Of a stretch of 64,000 bases of DNA, positions 18,376 to 28,372 are shown piece by piece. How positions within the stretch are numbered: position 1 is the first letter of the stretch; the number at the start of each line of letters is the position of its first letter. Source of the DNA: an uncultured Oscillospiraceae bacterium (GTDB lineage: Bacteria > Bacillota > Clostridia > Oscillospirales > Ruminococcaceae); assembly GCA_910583935.1 (NCBI GenBank), contig CAJTZM010000009.1, positions 27,967 to 91,966 of the forward strand. The letters are read 5' to 3'. Made by a program: the position numbers and the translations under genes. The notes under the pieces were generated by a model. It ran no database searches and had not been told where the DNA came from. It worked only from the letters and a program-made list of their open reading frames with translations.

Positions 18376-18623
18376 GCCGCCGCTTAAAAAAATCCGCCGT
18401 CTATTTTATCGTTTGGCCTTATAAAAAACGGAAAACTTTCATTTTCCCCTTGCTTTTTTCCAGTCTTCGGTCTATAATCTGTAAAAGATGCAGGAATTGC
18501 GTCTTTTAGCTCTTGAATCTGAGATGTAAGGGTCCTGCCTACAGGACGGGCTTCTATCGCATATGGCAAGGAAGCCGTCCTCTGCCAGCAAGTAAGACAT
18601 CTGTTTTTGTGGGAGGAAAAATC

Positions 18624-19994
18624 ATGCGTGTGGAAACCGATTTAATCGGAAGCAAGGAAATTGAAAAGGACGCGTATTACGGCCTGCAGACGATGCGCGC
18701 CTATGAAAACTTCAACATCACCGGCCGGCGGGCGCATCCGGAGTTTATCCGTTCCCTGGCCGCAGTGAAAAAAGCGGCGGCTATCACCAACTGTCAGACC
18801 GGTGAGCTGTCCGAGCGGATTAAGGACGCAATTGTGCAGGCCTGCGACGAAATCCTGGCGGGCAAAATGCACGACGCCTTTATCACCGACTCGATTCAGG
18901 GCGGCGCCGGAACCTCCTTTAACATGAACGCCAACGAGGTAATCGCCAATCGGGCCATTGAAATTTTAGGCGGCGAAAAAGGGGACTACAGCATTGTCCA
19001 TCCCAACGACCATGTTAATATGTCCCAATCCACCAACGATGTAATCCCCACCGCAGGTAAAATCACCGCCATTAAGCTTTTGCAGGGGGCAAACTTTCAG
19101 CTGACCCGGCTGATCGGCGCACTGCGAAAAAAGGAAAAGGAATTTGATCACATCCTCAAGATGGGGCGCACCCAGATGCAGGATGCGGTACCGATTCGGC
19201 TGGGCCAGGAATTCGGCGCCTATCGGGCGGTGGTGGAACGGGATTTGGGTCGTATGACCCATATCACCGACGAGCTGATGTATGTCAACATGGGCGGCAC
19301 CGCCATCGGCACCTGCATCAATGCCGACGAAAGCTATGTCAGCGCCATCGTGTCCAATCTGTCCACCGTCACCGGGCTGGATCTGCGCCAGGCGAAAAAT
19401 CTGATTGATTCCACCCAGAACCTGGACTGCTTTGTCACCGCCTCCGCCACTATGAAGACCTGCGCGGTAAACCTGTCGAAAATCTCCAACGATCTGCGGA
19501 TGATGTCCTCCGGCCCCCGTACCGGTTTTCATGAAATCAATCTGCCGCCCAAGCAGAACGGCTCCTCGATTATGCCCGGCAAGGTAAACCCGGTTATCCC
19601 CGAGGTAATGAGCCAGGTGGCTTTCAATATCATCGGCAACGACGTAACCGTTACCATGGCAGCAGAGGCAGGGCAGCTGGAGCTCAACGCCTTTGAGCCG
19701 GTGATTTTCTACAAGCTGTTCGAATCCATTAACACCCTCACCGGCGGGATCCAAACCTTTACCGACAACTGTATCTGCGACATCACCGCCAACGAGGCCC
19801 ACTGTAAGGAGCTGGTGGACCACAGTGTAGGCATTATCACCGCCATCTGCCCGCGGGTGGGCTATTCGGTGGCGGCGGATATCGCCAAGACGGCCATCCG
19901 CACCGGGGAGTCGGTTAAGGATGTGCTGCTGGGCCGCAATCTGCTGACCGAAGAGGAAATCAATAAGCTGTTGGATCCCTATGCCATGACCTGA
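18624..19994 (+). CDS. aspA: aspartate ammonia-lyase (fumarase/aspartase family)
   Basis: MRVETDLIGSKEIEKDAYYGLQTMRA, TQSTNDV and the signature GSSIMPGKVNPV. ATG at 18624 follows GGGAGGAAAAATC. A TTGCTT-17-TATAAT promoter lies at 18450-18478. Confidence 0.9.
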   Translation: MRVETDLIGSKEIEKDAYYGLQTMRAYENFNITGRRAHPEFIRSLAAVKKAAAITNCQTGELSERIKDAIVQACDEILAGKMHDAFITDSIQGGAGTSFNMNANEVIANRAIEILGGEKGDYSIVHPNDHVNMSQSTNDVIPTAGKITAIKLLQGANFQLTRLIGALRKKEKEFDHILKMGRTQMQDAVPIRLGQEFGAYRAVVERDLGRMTHITDELMYVNMGGTAIGTCINADESYVSAIVSNLSTVTGLDLRQAKNLIDSTQNLDCFVTASATMKTCAVNLSKISNDLRMMSSGPRTGFHEINLPPKQNGSSIMPGKVNPVIPEVMSQVAFNIIGNDVTVTMAAEAGQLELNAFEPVIFYKLFESINTLTGGIQTFTDNCICDITANEAHCKELVDHSVGIITAICPRVGYSVAADIAKTAIRTGESVKDVLLGRNLLTEEEINKLLDPYAMT

Positions 19995-20009
19995 TTCGCT
20001 TTCTACATA

Positions 20010-20047
20010 AAAAAGACAGCCGCTCTTTTGAACGGCCGTCTTTTTTT
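20010..20047. terminator. bidirectional intrinsic terminator
   Basis: AAAAA-GACAGCCG...CGGCCGTC-TTTTTTT, between aspA and the convergent permease gene. Confidence 0.65.
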
Positions 20048-20063
20048 ATATTCCTGTTTTTAA

Positions 20064-21485
20064 TTACACCACCAGGAAGAATTTCACCAGGAACAAAGCG
20101 GAAATGATGTAGGTTACAACCGACACATCCTTGGCCTTGCCGGTGAACACCTTAATGACCGTATAGGCAATCAGGCCTAAGCCAATACCGTGCCCAATGG
20201 AGCCGGAAATCGGCATGGAAATCAGCATCAGCGCAACTGGGACAATTTCGGTCAGATCATCAAAATGTACGTTTTTCAAGCCGCTGAGCATCAAAACGCC
20301 TACGTAGATCAACGCGGCGGAGGTGGCGGCGGCAGGAATAATCGCGGCAACCGGCGCAATAAACATGCAGGCTAAAAAGAGTACGCCGGTGGTCAGCGCA
20401 GTCAGACCCGTGCGTCCGCCCGCCTCAACACCGGAGGCCGACTCCACAAAGGTGGTGACGGTAGAGGTACCAGTGGCGGCGCCGGCGATGGTCCCGACCG
20501 CGTCGGCAATCAGCGCCTCTTTCATCTTGGGCATTTTTCCCTCTTTATCCAGCATTCCCGCGCGGGAAGCGGTTCCCACAAAGGTGCCGATGGTATCGAA
20601 CATGTCGATCATGCAGAAGGTGATGATCAGGGTGATGACCGTAAACCAACCGATGGAAAAGAAGGTTCCGAAATCAAATTTAAACAGGGTCGTTGCCGCC
20701 ATGTCGGCAAAGGGCGGCACAAAGGAAGCGCCCGCCAGCGAGGCAAACGGGTTGTTGCCCAAAAAGATCGCCTCTCCCGCCCAATAGATCACGCAGGAAA
20801 CGAGCATCCCCAAAAGCACCGCGCCTTTCACGCCCAGCTTTGCCAGAACGCAGATGGCAAACAGCCCGACAAACATAGTCACGACGGTCAGGACCATTTC
20901 GGGGTAAGCGTCGCCCATGCTGCCCTTGATGACCGAGGGGGTCAACGCGCCGAAAAAGTCGCGCATCACATAAAACGGGCCGCCGTCCGCCGAGTAGATG
21001 CCCACGTTAGAGCCTAAGCCGATATTCATCAGCATCAGCCCAATACCAGGGGCAATCCCCATCCGCACGCCCAGGGGGATCGAATCCACAATCTTTTCGC
21101 GGATGTTTAACAGCGACAGGATCAGGAAAAGAATTCCCTCAATAAGAATAATGCACAACGCCGCCTGGAAGGATTGCAGGTAGGAAACCCCGGCAAGCCC
21201 CGCGATGTTGGCGACCACAATCGCAAAGAAGCTGTTGAGCCCCATGCCGGGCGCCAGCGCAAAAGGCTTATTGGCCAGAAACGCCATGACGAACATCGCC
21301 ACAGCCGAGGCGATACAGGTGGCCAGAAACACGCCGTTCCACAGCTGACTGCCAACGTCAAAGCCGGTAAGCAGATTGGGGTTTAGGGCGATGATATAGG
21401 CCATCGTCATGAATGTGGTCAAGCCGGCCAGGAGCTCGGTCTTGACATTCGTACCGTTTTCCTTCAGCTTAAAAAATTTCTCCAT
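20064..21485 (-). CDS. NCS2-family purine (adenine/guanine/hypoxanthine) permease, AzgA-type
   Basis: MEKFFKLKENGTNVKTELLAGLTTFMTMAYIIALNP is the typical N-terminus. About 12-13 TM helices. Confidence 0.9.
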   Translation of the reverse strand: MEKFFKLKENGTNVKTELLAGLTTFMTMAYIIALNPNLLTGFDVGSQLWNGVFLATCIASAVAMFVMAFLANKPFALAPGMGLNSFFAIVVANIAGLAGVSYLQSFQAALCIILIEGILFLILSLLNIREKIVDSIPLGVRMGIAPGIGLMLMNIGLGSNVGIYSADGGPFYVMRDFFGALTPSVIKGSMGDAYPEMVLTVVTMFVGLFAICVLAKLGVKGAVLLGMLVSCVIYWAGEAIFLGNNPFASLAGASFVPPFADMAATTLFKFDFGTFFSIGWFTVITLIITFCMIDMFDTIGTFVGTASRAGMLDKEGKMPKMKEALIADAVGTIAGAATGTSTVTTFVESASGVEAGGRTGLTALTTGVLFLACMFIAPVAAIIPAAATSAALIYVGVLMLSGLKNVHFDDLTEIVPVALMLISMPISGSIGHGIGLGLIAYTVIKVFTGKAKDVSVVTYIISALFLVKFFLVV

Positions 21486-21649
21486 TCTTTTTCTCCTTCT
21501 TCAAAAATTCCTAGTGGAAAGAACACCACTGCCTGATATTGTAACAAAAACTGACAAAATTTCCTATAGCGAATTTATACAAACTTAACAGTACTTTTCT
21601 GCACAGTGAAAAAAAGGAGCCGTTTTTATCTAGAATTCAGCGCATAAAG

Positions 21650-21688
21650 GGGCGCCTGTCCCTTTTGCGCATAAAAGGACAGGCGCCC
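21650..21688 (-). terminator. strong stem-loop downstream of the PII-like gene (weak U tract)
   Basis: 12-bp stem GGGCGCCTGTCC/GGACAGGCGCCC. The minus strand follows with CTTTAT. Confidence 0.45.
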
Positions 21689-21706
21689 AGGGTAAAACCC
21701 CGCGTT

Positions 21707-22459
21707 TTAAGAAGGAATGCCGGGTTCCTCCGGTTCCTCCGGTTCCTTCGCCGGATCGGGCATTCGAAGACCCAAAGCCTCATCTACCGGCAGAGAAAAT
21801 ACAATTGCGTGCTCACCGCTTTTTTCCAGGATCCGGCTGCAGATGGACTGCATGACCGTTTTCTTCATCGACAACGGGACGATGGTGAAAACCACCTCTT
21901 TTTCCGGCTGGATGGTAATATGAAAAAAACGGCTGGCCTCTTCGGCACCTGCCGCGCGGGCGCGGACCATCGTCCCGCCCCGGGCGCCTGCCGCTCGAGT
22001 TGCATCTACAACCAGGTCCGATTCCCCATGGGGGATAACGGCGGCAATTAAGGCGAATTGTCTATTTTCCGGCATGGCGGGTACAGCCTCCTTCTGCATC
22101 ATGGTTTGTACGCTGTTTTGTGGGTCGGCATGGCGGCTTACCGCCGCGCTGATGCTGTCCAGCGAAAGGGTAAACGCAATCCCCTTGCCCGGAGCCGAAA
22201 GCGCCAGGCGTTCCCCCAGCGCCCATAAAAACCTTTTTTCCAGCGGCTGAGGAATCAGGCTCATGACAATATCCTTCTCCGGCTCGTCCAGACCCAGATA
22301 GTCCATCACCTCAGAACTGGCGGTACCCTTTCCAAGGCTGATCATGTGGATGCTTTTATGGATTTGGTTCAGCGTTTCCACCGCCGCCTCCCCTCTGCCC
22401 CGGTCCACAATGGTAATCAGCCATTTTACCGGGAATCGGCCCATTTTCTGTTCAGACAT
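21707..22459 (-). CDS. tandem P-II-like (nitrogen-regulator fold) protein
   Basis: Two repeats of the pattern IVDRGRGEAAV... / IAAVIPHGESDLVVDATRAAGARGGT. Acidic, Pro-rich tail. The ATG at 22459 overlaps the stop of the DUF1538 gene (ATGTCTGA). Confidence 0.7.
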   Translation of the reverse strand: MSEQKMGRFPVKWLITIVDRGRGEAAVETLNQIHKSIHMISLGKGTASSEVMDYLGLDEPEKDIVMSLIPQPLEKRFLWALGERLALSAPGKGIAFTLSLDSISAAVSRHADPQNSVQTMMQKEAVPAMPENRQFALIAAVIPHGESDLVVDATRAAGARGGTMVRARAAGAEEASRFFHITIQPEKEVVFTIVPLSMKKTVMQSICSRILEKSGEHAIVFSLPVDEALGLRMPDPAKEPEEPEEPGIPS

Positions 22460-23981
22460 TTTCCGGTTCCTCCTGGTGAAAATCGATGATTTCATCCTCG
22501 ACGGATTTTTCCGTCTTGTCCGCGGGGCCGCCGCGCGTTTTCAGCCGGTACAAAAGCCCTAAAAGCTGGATGGTGATCAAGGGCGTCATGGCTACCATAG
22601 CCACAATGCCAAACGCATCGGTCAAAATATTGCCGCCTACCGCGTCGCAGGCGCCCATGGCAAAGGGCAGCAAAAAGGTAGCGGTCATAGGTCCGGAGGC
22701 CACGCCGCCGGAGTCAAAGGCGATGGCGGTGAAAATATGCGGGGTAACGAAGGACAGACCCAGCGCCAGCCCATAGCCGGGAAGCAGAAACCACAGCGCC
22801 GAAAGCCCGGTGAGCACCCGCGTCATGGAAAGGCCCAGAGAAACTGCCATACCGGCGGACAAGGCAGTCATCATGGCCCGCTGGGAAATGGCGCCGCCGG
22901 TGACGCTCTCCACCTGCTTGTTGAGCACCAGCACCGCCGGTTCGGCCTTGACGATGTAATAGCCGACGACCATTGCCAGCGGGATCAGAATCCAGCGGTA
23001 GGAAAGCCCGGCAATCTCCCCGCCCAGGGAATAGCCGGCGGGCATAAAGCCCACATTGACCCCAGCGAGGAACAGCGTCAGCCCCATAAAGGTGTAAAGG
23101 ATGCCGATGAGGATTTTAATCAGCTGGCGGCGGCGCAGCTTGAGGAAAAAGACCTGAAGCAGCAAAAAGAGAAAAAGGATCGGCGCCAGCGCCAGCACCA
23201 CCTCTTTGGCGTAATCAGGAAAGGCGCGGCCAAATTCTAAAAAAAGTTCCTTAGTGCTCCCGATTGCAGGAATTTGCAGCGGCGTATAGCTGGAACCGGA
23301 GGGGTTGTACAAAAATCCCAGAATCAGTACCGATAGAATCGGCCCGATGGAACACAGAGCGACCAGGCCAAAGCTGTCGTCCTCCGCCCCCTTGTCGCTT
23401 CGCACCGACGTAAGGCCCAGGCCAAGCGCCATGATAAACGGCACCGTAATCGGACCGGTGGTCACGCCGCCGGAATCAAAGGCGACGGCCAGAAAGGAAT
23501 CCGGCACAAAAAACGCTAAAAGAAAAACTGCGGCGTAGAAAAAAAGCAGAAGATACGAAAGCCTCCAGCGGAATAAAATCCGCAGAAAGGCCAGGACTAA
23601 AAACAAACCCACCCCTGCCGCTACCGTCAGTATCAGCACCATATCCGGCACCGCTGGTGTCTGCCGGGCCAAAACCTGCAGGTCCGGCTCCGCCATGGTA
23701 ATCACAATCCCCACGGCAAAGCAGGCAATCACGATCAGCCAAAGCTTTTTTGTGCGGGTCAGATGCTCACCCGCCTGCTGGCCGATGGGCATCATCGCCA
23801 TATCCGCTCCCAAGGAAAAAAAGCCCATACCGACTACCAAAAGCACCGCGCCTGTGAGAAAAAGCATCAGCGTTTCCAGCGGCAAAGGCGCCACCGTCGT
23901 GCTTAAGGCCAAAACGATCAGCGTTATGGGAATGACCGACGAAAAGGATTCATGTATCTTTTCCTTGAGTTTCTTGTTCAA
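22452..23981 (-). CDS. DUF1538-family integral membrane protein (duplicated domain)
   Basis: 509 aa, polytopic. The repeated motif AFDSGGVTTGPITVPFIMALG / AFDSGGVASGPMTATFLLPFAMG is characteristic of DUF1538. Confidence 0.8.
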   Translation of the reverse strand: MNKKLKEKIHESFSSVIPITLIVLALSTTVAPLPLETLMLFLTGAVLLVVGMGFFSLGADMAMMPIGQQAGEHLTRTKKLWLIVIACFAVGIVITMAEPDLQVLARQTPAVPDMVLILTVAAGVGLFLVLAFLRILFRWRLSYLLLFFYAAVFLLAFFVPDSFLAVAFDSGGVTTGPITVPFIMALGLGLTSVRSDKGAEDDSFGLVALCSIGPILSVLILGFLYNPSGSSYTPLQIPAIGSTKELFLEFGRAFPDYAKEVVLALAPILFLFLLLQVFFLKLRRRQLIKILIGILYTFMGLTLFLAGVNVGFMPAGYSLGGEIAGLSYRWILIPLAMVVGYYIVKAEPAVLVLNKQVESVTGGAISQRAMMTALSAGMAVSLGLSMTRVLTGLSALWFLLPGYGLALGLSFVTPHIFTAIAFDSGGVASGPMTATFLLPFAMGACDAVGGNILTDAFGIVAMVAMTPLITIQLLGLLYRLKTRGGPADKTEKSVEDEIIDFHQEEPENV

Positions 23982-24184
23982 TGGATATCATGCCCCTCCT
24001 AAATGTCCAGATTGCCGGGAAAAAATCCCTGTAAGCATATAAACCTGTACACAGCCTGAACAGGCGTAATCGGGGCGAGAGAGGATGGCGGCCCCGGACA
24101 AATCAAATGCTTTCTGTTTTTAGTATAGCATAAAGCCTGGGGCAAAAATGTTAAGAAACTGCAAAAAAATGACGGCGTGCAAAA

Positions 24185-24484
24185 TTAAATCCAGTAATCC
24201 AGAACCTCCCGGCCGGCAACCGCATCCTTCATCTCCTCCTTCACCGCCAGGTGCAGCGGATGGGTCTGGTACGCCTCCATAGCCTCACGGCTGGTAAATT
24301 CCGTATAAAGAACCATGTGGTGCTCCCCCTCCGGCGCAAGATTCAGACCGGTTTGTGCTTTTAAAAGGCCCGGCACCTGTCCGACCATGGCGCCAAACCG
24401 CCGGTTGAGCTTTTCCACCAGCCCCTCCCACTCTTCCCGGGGGATATCTGGGGAAAACCTCCACAATACCAGATGCTTAAACAT
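24185..24484 (-). CDS. Dabb (stress-responsive alpha/beta-barrel) domain protein
   Basis: MFKHLVLWRF... EAYQTHPLHLAV. ATG at 24484 follows AAAGGAGGAG. Confidence 0.85.
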   Translation of the reverse strand: MFKHLVLWRFSPDIPREEWEGLVEKLNRRFGAMVGQVPGLLKAQTGLNLAPEGEHHMVLYTEFTSREAMEAYQTHPLHLAVKEEMKDAVAGREVLDYWI

Positions 24485-24610
24485 AACGACTCCTCCTTTG
24501 CAAGGAGTATAGCACAATTGACAGCGAAAAAAAAGAAGCGTATCATAAAAAAAACATCGGATCCCGGCAGGTCCGGGCCATTAGAATTCTGAAAAGCGGG
24601 GGCGGATATT

Positions 24611-25888
24611 TTGGAAAAGATTTTGCTGGATTACGGTCAGACCCAGGTGGAGGCGGTTTTTGACGGCGCCAAATCGGTGACCTATCTGGAACCGGCAGAC
24701 CAGCCGGCGATTGCGGACATTAAGGCGGCCTTTTATCAGGAGGCGGTGGTCCGCCCGGTGGGCAGCGAGCCGCTGGACCGGCTGGTTAAAAAAGACGACC
24801 AGGTAACCATCGTCATCAGCGATATCACCCGCTATTGGTCCCGGCAGGATCTGGTGTGCCGGGAGCTTGTGGCCTTTCTGCACGAAAGCTGCGGCGTCCC
24901 TTATGAAAATATGGCGGTGCTGGTGGCGCTGGGCACCCACCGGGGACAAAGTGAGGAGGAGCTGCGAAAAATCGCGTCTCAAGAAGTATACGGAAGAGTC
25001 CAGGTGATCTGTCACGACTGCGAGGGAGAGCTTTCTTATCTGGGAAAAACCAGCTTCGGCACCCCGGTCCAGGTCAATCCGCTGGCCGTGGGCCGCAGGG
25101 TGATTACCATCGGCGCTACGGTACACCACCTTATGTCCGGGTACGGCGGCGGCAGAAAGAGCATTTTGCCCGGCATCAGCGGCAAGGAAACCATTCTTCA
25201 TAACCACATGATGTGCCTGGACCCCCTAAAGCCCCAATCCTCCAGCCGCATCGGCATGGGAAAGCTGGAGGATAACCCGGTCCATCTGGACATGGTGGAA
25301 GCGGCGGCAATGGTGGACCCGGTCTTTGGGATTAACATCGTCATGAACAAGGACGGACGCCAATGCCGGCTGGTCTGCGGCCACTGGCTGAAGGCCTGGG
25401 AGGAAAGCTGCCGGATCGTTCAGCAGACCGCCGGCGTTCCCATCCGGGAAAAGGCTGACATCGTCATCGCCAGCTGCGGCGGGTACCCCAAAGATATCAA
25501 CCTCTACCAGGGCATTAAGACCCTTTTGAACATGGGTCAGGCGGTAAAGCCCGGCGGGACCATGATTTTCCTCGCCCAATGCCAAGACGGCGGCGGGGCG
25601 CCGGACTTTTTTGACTGGAGCCGGTCCTTAAAAACCGATTCGCTGGACGCAGACCTGCGGGCAGGCTTTACCATTGCGGGCTATATCTTCTACGCCGGCT
25701 GCGAGACCATCCGAAAGGGTCGGGTGCTGATGCTCACCGAGCTTTCCCCCGAAACCCTAAAGGATATGGGCATCGAGGGCTATACCGATCTGGCGGCGCT
25801 TCTATCCCAGGTAGATTTTGCCGGAAAGGACGTCATCGTCATGCCCCACGGCGGCAGTACGGTGCCCTATGTTTTAGACGAAGCGTAA
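24611..25888 (+). CDS. LarA-family (nickel-pincer-dependent lactate racemase-like) protein
   Basis: 425 aa. DITRYW..., ALGTHRG, HHLMSGYGGGRKSILPG and KDINLYQG resemble LarA/DUF2088 motifs. TTG start. Confidence 0.8.
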   Translation: MEKILLDYGQTQVEAVFDGAKSVTYLEPADQPAIADIKAAFYQEAVVRPVGSEPLDRLVKKDDQVTIVISDITRYWSRQDLVCRELVAFLHESCGVPYENMAVLVALGTHRGQSEEELRKIASQEVYGRVQVICHDCEGELSYLGKTSFGTPVQVNPLAVGRRVITIGATVHHLMSGYGGGRKSILPGISGKETILHNHMMCLDPLKPQSSSRIGMGKLEDNPVHLDMVEAAAMVDPVFGINIVMNKDGRQCRLVCGHWLKAWEESCRIVQQTAGVPIREKADIVIASCGGYPKDINLYQGIKTLLNMGQAVKPGGTMIFLAQCQDGGGAPDFFDWSRSLKTDSLDADLRAGFTIAGYIFYAGCETIRKGRVLMLTELSPETLKDMGIEGYTDLAALLSQVDFAGKDVIVMPHGGSTVPYVLDEA

Positions 25889-25987
25889 ATGGGGCCGCCC
25901 AAGCGCCTGCGACAAAACAAAGCAAGGCCGGTCGGGACAAACGCCGCCTGCATGGGCTATACTGAAGGGGCAGCGGAGGTGAAAATC

Positions 25988-26848
25988 GTGGATTGGGTAA
26001 GAGCTGTTGGAGATGCTGTCGAATATATCGAAAGCCATATCACCGAGGAGATCACCTTGTACGACGTGGCTGGCTGTGTAAACATCTCCCCCTTTTATTT
26101 CCACAAGGGGTTCGGCATATTGTGCGGATACTCTGTGATGGAATATGTCAGAAGCCGCCGGATGGCGCTGGCAGGAGAAGAGCTGATCACCAGCGATTGT
26201 TCGATCATCGAACTGGCTATGAAGTACGGGTATGATTCCCCCGACAGCTTTACCAGAGCCTTTTCCCGCTTTCACGGACACACGCCTTCGGCGGTGCGAA
26301 AAAATAAAACCATGATCAAAGCTTTCGCGCCGCTTCAGCTGACGATTTCATTGAAGGGCGGTTCTATCATGGAGTACAGGATCACAAAAAAAGAAGCCTT
26401 TTCCGTTTTGGGTTCGTCAAAAGAGTTTCTTTATGAAAACGCGAAGCGGGAAATTCCTTTGTTTTATCAAGAGCATTACGCTTCAGGAAAAGGAAGGTAT
26501 ATCCGCGGCATGTTCGGCGTGAACATTGACCCGCAAATGGCAGATGTAAAATTTGAATACCTGATCGCGGATCTTTATAACCCCGCCGTCGATATTCCGG
26601 ACGGATTTTCTGTGCGGGTCATCCCCGCTTTTACCTGGGCGGTCTTCCCCTGCAAGGGCCCGCTTCCCCACGCTTTACAGAATGCAAACACCAAAATTTT
26701 TTCCGAATGGCTGCCGGCGCTGAAGGATTACGAGTTTGCCGCCGGGTACTGTATCGAAATGTATGACGATCCGGACAAATACCCCAACAAAACAAGCGAT
26801 GAGAATTATTATTCGGAGATTTGGCTCCCTGTTAAAAAGAAAGCGTAA
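25988..26848 (+). CDS. AraC-family transcriptional regulator with GyrI-like effector-binding domain
   Basis: AraC HTH (ISPFYFHKGF, YGYDSPDSFTRAFSRFHGHTPS) followed by a GyrI-like half (EYRITKKEAFSVLG...). GTG at 25988 follows GGAGGTG. Confidence 0.85.
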   Translation: MDWVRAVGDAVEYIESHITEEITLYDVAGCVNISPFYFHKGFGILCGYSVMEYVRSRRMALAGEELITSDCSIIELAMKYGYDSPDSFTRAFSRFHGHTPSAVRKNKTMIKAFAPLQLTISLKGGSIMEYRITKKEAFSVLGSSKEFLYENAKREIPLFYQEHYASGKGRYIRGMFGVNIDPQMADVKFEYLIADLYNPAVDIPDGFSVRVIPAFTWAVFPCKGPLPHALQNANTKIFSEWLPALKDYEFAAGYCIEMYDDPDKYPNKTSDENYYSEIWLPVKKKA

Positions 26849-26958
26849 GCCCGCGCTTCGCATCCTGTGCGAAAGGAAGACTCCAATCTTTTTGCGCTCG
26901 TTTTCGCGGCTTGATCTGCCCAAAGCGGCACGTCTCCCAGTAAAAATTAAAAAAACTA

Positions 26959-26987
26959 TTGACAAATCCGCCGGATTGTGGTTTTAT
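26959..26987 (+). promoter_or_regulatory. putative sigma-A promoter of the T-box leader
   Basis: TTGACA, a 17-nt spacer ending in TGG, then TTTTAT. Confidence 0.5.
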
Positions 26988-26994
26988 AGGTTCA

Positions 26995-27280
26995 AACCCA
27001 AAATCCAAACCGGTGAAGTGGAGATAAAACGGTTTACGCGCTTTCAGAGAGTCGGGGCAGGTGTGAGCCCGGCAGAGATGCGGAACCGACAAATGGACCA
27101 CTGAGGGCGCGGGGAACAGGACGTCAAGTCCTTAGTATTCCGCGACGCTGCGCCAGCGTTACAGGGCGGGGAGTGTGTCGGCACTCCGCAGAGGCGGGCA
27201 TGCTTTTGCATGTCAATCAAGGTGGTACCGCAGATGTTTTTGACGTCTGTCCTTGTTTTTCAAGGACGGGCGTTTTTTAT
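26995..27280 (+). promoter_or_regulatory. T-box riboswitch leader, probable Trp (UGG) specifier
   Basis: AG bay AGAGAG at 27046-27051. Distal-loop GGTGTGAG at 27060-27067. T-box sequence AATCAAGGTGGTACCGCAG at 27215-27233. Terminator CGTCTGTCCTTG-ttttt-CAAGGACGGGCG plus TTTTTT at 27244-27277. Candidate specifier TGG at 27094-27096 is followed by A and lies next to the basal helix AGTGG (27017-27021)/CCACT (27098-27102). Confidence 0.85.
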
Positions 27281-27355
27281 TCCCCAAAAATGCGCCGCCT
27301 GCGAAACCCTCGGGCTTTTTCCGGCGAAAATCAATCGAAAAAGGAGAACCCTGTC

Positions 27356-28339
27356 ATGAAAAGAATAAAACTTTGTAAAATCACAGCCTTGCTGGCGGCC
27401 GTCTGTGCGCTGCTCACTCTCTTTGCCGGCTGCGGCCAGCAGCAGACCGGAAAAATCGACGTCGGCATCATCCAGTTGATTGAAAACGGCGCGTTCAACG
27501 ATATGCGCGAGGGCTTTATCCAGCAGATGAAGGACAAGGGCTACGGCGAAGACAAGGTGAATTTCAACTATAAAAACGCCCAGGGCGACGCGACCAACCT
27601 CAACGCCATCTGCCAGGAAATGGTGGATAACGGCATGGATCTGGTGGTGACCATCGCCACCCCCGCCTCCCAGGCGATGGTTAATCTGGAAAGCAATATT
27701 CCGGTGTTTTTTATCTCGGTTTCCAATCCGGTGGGGGCGCGGATTATAAACGATATGGAAAAGCCGGATAAAAACGCCACCGGCACCTCCAACGCCGTTC
27801 CGGTCAACGAGATTTTTGATCTGGCCGACCGGCTGACCCCCGGCTGTAAGACCTACGGCTTTTTGTACTGCACCAGTGAGATCAACGCCGTGACTACGGT
27901 GGAAAACAGTAAGGAATATTTAAAATCCATCGGCCTTTCCTATGAGGAGGCGGTGGTGACCAACTCCTCCGAGGTCCAGCAGGCGGCCCAGAGCCTCATC
28001 GGCAAGGTGGACGCTTTGTTCATCCCCAATGATTCGGTCATCCAAAGCGCCATGAACCTGGTGGCGGAGGTGGCCCGGGAGGCAAAAATCCCCGCCTACT
28101 GCAGCTCCAGCACCACGGTAGAATCCGGCGGGTTCGCCACCGTTGCCATCAGCGATAGGGAAATCGGCGCCATTACGGCGGATATGGCCATCGAATACCT
28201 GGGCGGCAAGGCCATCGCTGAGATCCCCTCGGTGGTTGTCCCGGCCAATGATGTGGTAATCAACCAAACAACGGCCGAGGCGATCGGCGCCACGATCCCG
28301 GAGGAAACCGCCGCTTCGGCAACCATTGTAAAGGACTAA
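27356..28339 (+). CDS. ABC transporter substrate-binding lipoprotein (ABC_sub_bind/BMP-like family)
   Basis: MKRIKLCKITALLAAVCALLTLFAGCGQQ (lipobox), KIDVGIIQLIENGAFNDM... ATG at 27356 follows AAAGGAGAA. Confidence 0.9.
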   Translation: MKRIKLCKITALLAAVCALLTLFAGCGQQQTGKIDVGIIQLIENGAFNDMREGFIQQMKDKGYGEDKVNFNYKNAQGDATNLNAICQEMVDNGMDLVVTIATPASQAMVNLESNIPVFFISVSNPVGARIINDMEKPDKNATGTSNAVPVNEIFDLADRLTPGCKTYGFLYCTSEINAVTTVENSKEYLKSIGLSYEEAVVTNSSEVQQAAQSLIGKVDALFIPNDSVIQSAMNLVAEVAREAKIPAYCSSSTTVESGGFATVAISDREIGAITADMAIEYLGGKAIAEIPSVVVPANDVVINQTTAEAIGATIPEETAASATIVKD

Positions 28340-28372
28340 GGTCCAAAAGCGGCAGAAAAAGGAGAAGTGATT

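Noticed and set aside
21486-21660. Possible purine riboswitch upstream of the NCS2 purine permease
   Set aside because: I looked on the minus strand for the conserved purine-riboswitch core (the TATAAT..GG...TTTCTACC...CCGTAAAT-like junction pattern) and found nothing resembling it. Only promoter-like AT-rich sequence is present.
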